DNA of 64,000 bases, taken from the NCBI GenBank assembly GCA_023213395.1, contig CM041465.1, positions 227,857,741 to 227,921,740 of the forward strand, written 5' to 3'. A program made the translations under genes and the position numbers. Within the stretch, counting starts at the first letter, position 1. Each line of letters starts with the position of its first letter. The stretch comes from Cycas panzhihuaensis. Taxonomy: Eukaryota > Plantae > Cycadophyta. The notes beneath the pieces were generated by a model that saw only the letters and a program-made list of their open reading frames with translations, made no database searches and had not been told where the DNA came from. Positions 54,376-64,000 of the stretch are shown piece after piece.

Positions 54376-54850
54376 GATTTTAAATATATATAGATAGATA
54401 GATAGATATCAATATATATATATAGATATATATATTCAAAGTTTTAAAGGGAAAACATTATTGCACCCCATCATCATTTGTGTTTTTTTTTTACTTGTTC
54501 TTCATTGTTTTAAGCAAAAAAAAAAAAAAAACACGTGATTCCTTTATAACTCAAACTTGTTAATTTAAGACCACTACTGCTGTTTTTTCACATTTTTTGA
54601 AGTAATATTAGGTGATTAAAGCGTGTTTTCATGGCCCACCAATGGAAGGTATAAAAACATTGAAGCTCAAAGCCTATATGACTTTAATGGTGTGTAAAAT
54701 CTACTATCAAAACTATTAAATATTATATTTTTGATAAATTTGTTAGTGAACGGAAATTAAACAATATGTAGGGTGTTGTCTATGTGACTAAACGTTAACT
54801 AATTTGATAAAAATAAATCGTTTATGAGCTTATTTCTTGTGATAGAGAGG

Positions 54851-55503
54851 ATGATGCCTCAAGTCATCTTTAATGAGAATAATTTCGGTGAGTAGAAGTT
54901 TAACATGGAGTTGGTTTTAATGGTAAATTAACTTTAGGGGATCACCAAAGATGAGTTGCTTACTATTTCATTAAATATGAAGGAGTGAACTCATCAAGAG
55001 GAGAAGCAATCTATGGTTGTTAGGTAATTAAAACTATCTCTAGCACTAGATTAGAGGGTCATAGTTCATAACATAGATAAACCAAACAAAATTTAGATAA
55101 AAGTATATGAGACATTCAAAAGAAGTAGATAAATCATCATGTTACTTTGATGATGGAACTTCTTAAGGTAACATAATCATCTACTTGAATAACATAACTA
55201 ATTTGAAGAATAAAACATAAGAGATAAAGTCTGGCTAAATTAATGATGCATTATTATTTGCATTAATTATATCAAAATTACCAACTATGTTTAAAACCTT
55301 TCAGACCATTTACGCAAGGGATGAAGTAATAGAAGGTAAACTATTTAAGAAATTGAAAGGTCTCATTTTAGCCAAGAATGCTAAGTTGAAGCACCATGGT
55401 TTGCTCAATGGTTCTGAATTAAATCAAGCCTTGGTCATGAAGACAATGATGAGTAATGGCACTTAGGAAGGGAAGCCTACAAAAAAATTAGGAGAAATAT
55501 TTT
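54851..55503 (+). pseudogene. Element G gag, 5' part
   Basis: MMPQVIFNENNFGE*KFNMELVLMVN vs B LMPKVIFNDNNFSEWKANMELILMVN. Confidence 0.85.
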
Positions 55504-55914
55504 TAGGATGCACTAAACCCAATGGTTCTTCAACTTCAAGCACAAAAGATAGGAAATATGTTAGCCAAGCTTTAAATTTATTGTCAATAAAAACCAAATT
55601 ACAACTTAGATTTTCATAAGAGCACTTTGAGCATAAATGGATACTAAATGAACACTAATAAGGAGAACTGAAGTATAATCTCTTAAGAAAGAAAATAAGA
55701 CTCAACAACATTTTTTTATAAAACTTGGACTTAAGTAGACATATGAGGCCTCTTTACAACAAATCTTATTGGTAAGAAAAATAGCCTCAATTTTATATTA
55801 GCGGGCATAAGCAACCTATGCACACAAATTAATAACTAACACTAACCCTTTAATGACCAACACTCTAAGTGCTAGCTTAACTTGCTCAACTTGTAGACAA
55901 TGAATATGTAATAG

Positions 55915-58900
55915 GTCTCTTCCTTTGAGATGTTGAGTCTTCGAAGCCAATAAGGAGGTGCGAATGTTGTCTAATAAATTCTATTGACTCACATGTTGCT
56001 TCATTTAGATCACAACTGGCTCACTGTACCAAATATTTAGAAATGGTCATATTCCTTAAGCAGTGGTGACAAATGGCAAGAATATAGTTAGGGGGAATAG
56101 TGAGATGTTGTTCTTCATCTAAAACTAGTAAAGTAGATTGGGGTACTATGTTTTTGCTAAGGTGTTTCTTAAGGTAGGAAACGTGGAAGACGTTATAGAT
56201 TTTGGTATGTGGGTTGGGGGGAGAAGGGGAGGAGTTCAAGGGCATAGGTGACTTCACCAATATGTCAAAGGATTTTGTAAGGGTCATAGTAACAAGGGCT
56301 TAGCTTATGATTTCTATAATGTTTAAGTGAATGTAATTCATATAGTTGAAGGCAAAGGAAGACAAAATCACCCACATCAAAAGATCGATCTGAGAAGTGG
56401 TGGTTGGCAAGTTGCTTCATATGATTTTAGGTGGATTCTAGATTTTGTTTAAGTGTATGAAGGATTTGGTCTATATCCTGAAGTTTTTATTTCACTATTA
56501 TAGTTCTAAGATTGGTAACCAAGGTGTAATGTAATAGAGGAGGATATTTGTAGAGGGCCATAAAAGGTGACATATGAATTGCTAAGTGGTGTGATGAGTT
56601 ATACTAATATTCAACAAGAGTTAGCCATGATATCCATTTATCTTGATATTTTGAAGCAAAACACCTTAGATAAGTTTCCAATGTCTTATTTAAGACTTAA
56701 TTGACCATCCATTTATGGGTGGTAGGTAGAGCTTATATTAAAGGAAGTCTTAGAAGCTCAAAAAAGTTCTTACCAAAATGTACTAATAAATTTAGGGTCT
56801 CAATCATATATTATTGTAGAAGGAAAATGATGGAAGTAGGAAATAGATTAAATATAGATATCCATTAGGCAAGGGGCTTGGTACAAGGTATGGACAACTA
56901 GGCAGTGGGCATACTTTGAGTTTACCGATAACCACTCATATGGAATCAAAACTTGTAGAAACTGATTAGTTGGTGATAAAATCCATGGCAATATCTTGAC
57001 ATTTATCATGTGTTATATTTAGGGGCTAAAGAAGACCAAGTTGGGTTTTTGTTTTAACCTTGTTCCTCTGGCGCACATCACATTTAAAGATAAATAAGAG
57101 GATCAAGGATTTCATGTTTGGCCAATGGAAATTTGGTCGAATACAATTATAGGTTTTGTCAAATCTTAAGTGACTACTAAAGGGAGTGGAATGGTATTCA
57201 AACAAATTTCTTGGGATAAATGATAAAGTAGGGTGGACAAATATACAATTTCAATATAATAGTTGGGAGTTATGTAAAGACCAATCTTTTTAGAAGTGGA
57301 CCTTGGAAGCCCATTTTTCAAAATCTTATTGTGTATTATTCTCAGTTATTAGGCCCGCTAACCATAATGGTTTGGGCATGGATTACTAGCTCAATGGGGG
57401 GAGCCTCTAATAGAAGACAAGAGAGGGCATTAGTAACAGCATTCTCTTTTCTCTTCTTATATAAGATCTCAAAATAGAAGACTTGTAATAATTCAATCCA
57501 TTTTGCTTGCATTTCAAAGAGGGCTAGTTGGTTGGGCAAGTGATGAATGCTATTATGCTCAGTCAAGATAGTAAATTTGGAGTCCAAAATATATTAGTGC
57601 TACTTATCAACAATATGTAAGATGACTTTCATTTCCTTTTGATATATGGATAAGTGACATTCATGATCTTTAAGTTTTTTACTTTTAAATATTATGAGGT
57701 GAAGGTCTTATATAACAATAACATATAAACTAAAGCTTAAGGTATTACATTTTAATTGGAAGGGTTATGAGAAATTTGAGGTAGCTAAAGTAAGGATAGA
57801 AATCATGATAGTCTTAAGCTTGGAAAAGACTAGGTCTACCTCTAGAGACCATAGGAAGACATATTTTTAGAGTAGGTTTGTTGGTGGGTTGGTAATAAAG
57901 GCAAAACTAACTATAGAACCTTGTGATACCCATGAAAGCTCTGAGCTAGGTGAGATTTTTGGGTTTTGGTTAGGTGGCGATGATACAAATTTTATCTGGA
58001 TCAACTTAGATTCTATTTAATGAAATGATATATCCTAAATATTAATGCTCATTTTTTTTAGACTCACATTTGGATAACTTGGCATTGAGTTTATAATAAT
58101 TGAAAGTCTGGAGAATGGTCTCTACATGTTAGAGGTGAATTTACAAATTCAAGACATATATGAAGATGTCATGAAAAAAAATAATGATAAATTTTTAAAT
58201 ATATGGTACTTACAACTTCAAGACATATATGAAGATGTCATGAAAAAAAATAATGATAAATTTTTAAAGATATGGTACAAAGATTTTATTCATCAAGGCC
58301 TAGAATATTATTAGAGTATTATAAAGATTAAAGACATTACTTAAAATTTGAAGTACCCATGATGTATATGAAAAGTAGTTTTAGGGCAATCTTCTGGGGT
58401 GATGGAAATTTAGTAGTGCCCAGATTAAAGGTCTAACATAGAAAAATTGATATCCCCATGTATTTTATTAAGCATATCATCAATTCAAGGTGTAGAAAAT
58501 TTATTCTTGATCATGATCTTATTAAGTTTATGATAATTAACACAGAGATGAAAAGACCCATCTTTTTTCCTAACCAAGATGATAGGTGCAACTTAGGGGC
58601 TTTTATTATACTAGATAATGCCCATATCCATTAACTCATTTGTGATTTTCTTAATTTTATTCTTTTAAAAATATGAATTCATATATAAGTGAAGATTGAT
58701 GGGATTATGAGGGGTTTTAAGGTCAATGAAGTGGTAGAAACCATGATCTAGGGGGGTGGGAGGTGAGGGTGTGAGGTTTACGAGAAGTAGAACAAATACG
58801 AATTGATATTTGTGGAAAAGGTTATGGATGTATAGGTGAATTTTACTATTAGGTTGGATATTATCAATTCAAACAATATAGTTGATGTTATTACTTAAAT

Positions 58901-60517
58901 TCTTACACATTTGCTTAAGAGATACAACTTGTTTAGGAGGGGAATGGATGCCATCTAGTTTATATGTTTGACCCATGTGATCTTTAAATAAAATAAAAGG
59001 ATTATTAGGGGAGTTGTTCATACTATATGTTCCTAGAGTTTAGAGCTATTAGATTCCAATAATGTTATTAGATCCTCCTATTGATAAGGTGTAAAAGTCT
59101 GAAGTGAGTCGATAGTGTTGGTTTAGACCTAAAGGTTTTTAATTATTCCAACATAATGTAATATCTAGTGGCCCTGTAAAGAATAAGTAAATCCAATTTT
59201 AGGAAGAATGTAAAGGTTTAATTTATATGTTATAGAGATGTCAATGAAATTTAAAGATGTGCCACCATCTATCAATATTAAAATGGGTGGTTTTTGAAGT
59301 GTTCCTTTTACTTAGAGTGGTTCTGAGTATGAAGCAAAGGAAATAGTAGATAGGGAGATTTTATTGTGGGGGTCGGGTGGTAACAAATCTTATGAGGGTT
59401 CATCATCTTGCATAGGATCTTCTTGAATTTCATAATCAACTTCTAGGTTAAGGTCAATTGTGAAAACCATCTACCTTGCCTTACATAACTTAGTATGGCC
59501 CAAGGTCCATTTTTCTAAATATTGGACACAAAAGCTAGACTTTAGTCAATGATCTACTTTTACAGATATGATATGAATAAGTCCTACAGTAGAGTCTTCT
59601 TGAGGGTGATGAGTTTCTTTTGATCAAGGGCATTATTGTTGATTTTGAAAATGGGGATGTTGAGACCAATTAGACTCTTTCCTGAAGGTGGGGGCACATT
59701 CTATCGCAAACTCCTTTTCAACTACTGTGGTGGCGGAGATGACGTCCCTTAAGGAGTAGAAAGTATTAGCTTTTAAGTGCATCTAGGTGTGCTTCTTAAG
59801 CCCTAAAATATAAATATCAACTAAGGCATACTAATCAAATTGCTAAGAAACTTGATTTTAAGTATCTAGAACTTGTCAGTATATGCTCCCACTAATGTGG
59901 TTTGTTTTAACTTGGTGATTTGACTAAAGAAAGAACTATTCCATGTGTTATCATATTGTTCAAAGAATCCTTTAAAAAAAGAAGTCCTACATCTGACCTC
60001 TTAGGTTCTCCCTTTACCACCATTAAAACCAATGATGTGCTTTCCCATTTAAATAGATCAATGTAAATGTTAATTATTCTATCAGTGACATGGGATTCAA
60101 GGACAAATATGATTCTAACTTACTAATCTAGCTTCTAGTAGAATCCTTATTAATATCTAGATCAAATGTTGGTACTATGATCTTATGATATACTAGATGT
60201 TGCCAAAGTAGACGTATAGATCTTGCATTATTAGAGGTAGGTTAGATTGGTGGAGGAGTGCAAGAGGTGGATGGACTCATATTTGATTTGATGATCTAGA
60301 GTATACTATCTAATTTTTTATCATTGGTGTCCTAAATTTCTTACTTTAAATCCTGCTTTAATTCTTGTTTCATTCCTATGACTTCATTAGAGAGTGACTG
60401 TAAATCGGTTACCATTTTTCTAAAATGAACTTCATGGTCAAGTGGCTCTAGTCTAGTTAATAAACTTTCAATGTGAGTTTCCAATGTTTGAATGCATTAT
60501 GCCTATGTAGGTGCCAT
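55915..60517 (-). pseudogene. Element H gag-pol remnant with chromodomain
   Basis: Minus strand: SKFTILTEHNS..QAKWIELLQ, QDIAMDFIT, IYNVFHVSYLKK..LDEEQHL, KYLVQ*..NEAT; similar to F. Confidence 0.9.
58141..58278. repeat. 69-bp near-perfect tandem duplication in the RT of H
   Basis: TTACAA(A/C)TTCAAGACATATATGAAGATGTCATGAAAAAAAATAATGATAAATTTTTAAA(T/G)ATATGGTAC twice, starting at 58141 and 58210. Confidence 0.92.
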
Positions 60518-62491
60518 GGGGGTTGAGTCTAGAGTTAAATAAATGAAGAAAGGGTTATTCAGAAGAGGGATAGCTTAGAATAATAGTACTTTAAGAAAAG
60601 GGAAAGAGATAGAATGAAGGGGTTATATAGAAGTAAGGGACTATATAAACAAGGAAGAGAATAGGGGAGAGGGGGTGTTTATAGCCTATTATCACCTAGT
60701 GCACTTAAACAAGTGCAAAGAGCTCATTGAAATGATGTAAGTGAGGTTTAGGGGTAAAATTTATGTAATAAGACCTACAAGAGACTTGGGTATTATTATA
60801 CCCCAAAATTAACTATAAAAATTAACTTAATGGAGACTGATCAATGTGACACACTAATTGAAATAGGATGTATGAATTTTAATGGCAATTTTTAAGGATG
60901 TGAACTTCTATTTTTCTTTTTCTTTTCTAATTTTGAGTTCAACTATGTAGATTTCATTTGATCAGATAAATATTCAATAAGGTGACCTTATGGACTACTT
61001 TTTTTTTTCTTATTAAGATGTTTATAGAGGTGGAGTAGACTAACTCAATGAGCAAAATTGGACTGGGTTAAATATTGACTATGATATAGACTTGAGGAGG
61101 ATATATTATATAAAAGGTTTGGACAAGAATATAATATTAGATTCTAGATTATAGAGCTCTCAATTAATTTAATTTTTGGGAGCTAACTTGTACAGATTTA
61201 ATAGTTTGACATTATTACTTATTAAGATTTAGATTGTGATGCTTCTATGTTATTATCTTCATATAGTATTACTACTATAGATACAACCCATATGTATTTA
61301 AATATCTAGTATCTTCAAGGATTTATTTTTAGAAGTATAATAGTCTGAGTGATTTTTTTTTTTTTTTTAGAAGTGTAGTAGTCTTGGAAAATTTTTGTAA
61401 TGAATACTTTTATAATAGATGACATAAAAATAAATAAATAGAGCCTACTAGACACTAATAGAGGATTGTTTCACTTTACAAGCCCTTTGATAAACTTCCA
61501 TGTTGATATTATTGCTTGGCCTAATATTTACACTACCTACAGAGGAATATGTGTCTCTATAAGGTTAATAGCTATGTAGTGATGTTTGTGAAGGGTAACT
61601 CCTAGGCACTAACCATTAACATGTGTATTATAGAGGGACAAATGCTTAACAAGTTTCCTAATCTAGGTTGGTAGGGGAGCCAATAAGGGTCTTTCAATAT
61701 ATATGAAGGCACATGGAATCTCACTTCTATAGTTTGGTTTTATCTAAAAATTGTATCAATGTTGTTATATTTCTTTGCTTCATACATAAGTATATGGCCA
61801 CATATGCTTAGTTCAATGATAATAAGTCCATATGATATTTAAAGACCCCTAGTATAAGGTCTCTACTGAACCATTAAGGAAAAATAAAGGAAAAGGTAAG
61901 ACTTTATTGCCCACTTTTAGCTTAATTGACTCAATATAAAATTAAAGAAAGCCTTGAATAAACTAAAAATTGCAAAGGAGGGTTTGTAATGATATTCCAA
62001 GGGAAAAGGGCAAAAATTCCTTCTTCTTTAGCTTCCTTCAATTCTGCTTACTACTCCTGCTAGATTCTAAACTAGGATTTCATACCGCTTGGGATGCACC
62101 AAACCCAATGGTTCTTTAACTTCAAGCATAAAATATAGGAAATATAATAGCTAAGCTTTAATTTTATTATCAATGAAAACTATATTATAACTTAGATTTA
62201 CTTGAGAGTACCTTGAACATAAATAGACACCAACAAAAAGTACTGAAGTATAACCTCTCAAAAAAGAAAATAAGACTTAATAATATTCTTTTATAAAACT
62301 TAGACTTGAATAGCTATATGAGGTTTCTTTACAACAAATCTTATTGGCAAAAAAAAGGTCTTAAATTCTACTAATAGACATACATAGTATACATACATAA
62401 ATTAATAACTAACACTAACTCTTTGATGACTAACACTCTAAGTGCTAGCTTAACCTGCTCTACTTATAAAGGGTGAACATGTAACAATCTT

Positions 62492-64000
62492 GAGAGAAAT
62501 AAACATGTGTTGATAAACGTACCTACTACAAGAAAGATGGTCATAAAGAGAAGAATTATTAGTTCAAAAGGTAAGACAAATATAAAGCAAGGATGAGAAA
62601 GAAAAGGGCATTACAACTTATTATAAAAAACTATTAGCCTTATTAGTCAAGTCAAAATGGAGAGACTTCTATATTTTGGACTTAGGAATGGAAAAACATA
62701 TTTATTTTTAGAAGTAGAACTTTGATGCATGGAATGTTAGTCCTAGTGAAGTAGTAACCATTCTTAAGATACAAGTATATTGCTTGTTGAGGGGGTTGGT
62801 ACAATTTTACTTGTAGTAGGTAAATTTAAAGGAGTATATTATGTAGAGAAGTGAAGATGAACCTTCTTTCAACCTGAGAAGTATGTAAGTAAGGTATGAA
62901 GGTTGAGTTCTATAAAGATAGATACCTAATTAAGGATCCTAAGAAAAAATTCTATGTCATTACTACTAGAAAAGTGAGAGATAATTTTTTGGTGTTTAAG
63001 AAGTTTTAATCCTAGAATTGATCATATGCCTTTATAATCAACACTAATGATGTGAGTAAACTTTGGCATGAATACCTTAGACACCTTAACTATAATAGCA
63101 TAGCACTTATGAATCACTTGAAAATGGTAAAAGGATTATCCTATATTTGTTATTTAGAAGGTGTATGTGAAGGGTGCATGTACATAAAGCATCACTACTC
63201 TCCTTTTATTTAGGATTGTACCTTAAGATCTAAGGAGAAACTAGAGCTCAAGCATTTTAATGTGATGGTTCCTCTTTCAAACCCTTTTATATAGAGAGAT
63301 CACTATACTTTAGTGTTTATATATGATTATACTAGGAAGACCTGGGTATATTTCCTAAAGAATAAGTTTAAAGTATTCAACCACTTTCATGAATGAAAGG
63401 TATGTGTCAAGAATGAATGTGAGAAGAAAATAAAAATTTTAGGTAGTGATAATGGAAAGGAATACGATAATAATACTTTCTATTAGTTTTATCTAACTCA
63501 TGGTATAAAGAGAAAATTCACAGTCCTATATATCCTTAATAAAATGGTATTACTAAAAGAAAGAATCGTACCATGATGGAAATGACAAGGTATATGGCAC
63601 ACGCGAAGAACTTATCATGTAAATTTTGGGAAAAAGTTGTTGGGACTACCATTTATATCTTGAATTAGGTACTAATAAAAGGAGTTCGTGGCATAACCCC
63701 TAAAGAAAAATGGACTTGACCATTAACCATTTGAAAACCTTTGGGTGCATTACATATGCACATATCCCAAACAAAAATTATAAAAAATTAGTATTTTGAT
63801 GAAAACAAAGCTTGTAGACTATGGGATCTACATGGGAGAAAAATTGTGATTAGTCAAGATGTAAAATTTAATGAGTCTATGATGTATCATGCTAAAAAGA
63901 TGTTATCTAAGGAATCCTTTTACTACCCATTTCTTCCATTTCCTAGTGGTGCTTTATCAACTATAGAAGATGAGAAACTAGGCAATATGATTCATAGGGA
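62492..64000 (+). pseudogene. Element G knuckle, protease and integrase remnant
   Basis: YYKKDGHKEKN, LWHEYLRHLN, CEGCMYIKH, DYTRKTWVYFLKNK, SDNGKEY, KRKNRTMMEM; collinear with B 29420-29683 and 36069-37300. Confidence 0.88.

Larger units (their letters stand above)
55504..62486 (-). mobile_element. Element H: F-related Ty3/Gypsy chromovirus nested in the gag of G
   Basis: LTRs 55504-55913 and 62090-62486; degenerate reverse-complement PBS TTTCATACCG just before 62090; reverse-complement PPT GGTCTCTTCCTTTGA after 55913; TSD atttt/atctt. Confidence 0.9.

Noticed and set aside
58126-58314. 62-aa + strand ORF with an internal repeat
   Set aside because: Antisense reading of the 69-bp duplication in the RT of H.

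Overview
AT-rich, repeat-dense eukaryotic DNA from a seed plant, probably a large-genome gymnosperm (inference). It holds one intact host gene, a two-exon DUF599-family membrane protein at 50131-50890 (+). Almost everything else is a stack of decayed, nested retrotransposons that can be ordered using LTR pairs, primer-binding sites (PBS), polypurine tracts (PPT) and target-site duplications (TSD). The backbone of 10838-48490 is one ~5 kb 5'-truncated L1-type LINE with a poly-A tail and a 17-bp TSD. Three independent Copia insertions (my labels C, B, A) stretched it to ~37.6 kb. C contains Copia D, which contains a 2.4 kb gag-only element E; B contains a chromovirus Gypsy F. A relative of B (G, 52988 to window end) independently carries a relative of F (H). 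The first 10 kb holds apparently non-coding LTR elements (I, J) and a solo LTR of family A. All TE reading frames are broken, mostly by C>T/G>A changes. I found no RNA genes or CRISPR, and nothing I can show is a wholly new biological system. The best novelty candidates are element E (gag N-terminus fused to an unrecognised acidic/repeat C-terminus) and the repeated B/F and G/H host-guest pairing. All alignments were done by eye.
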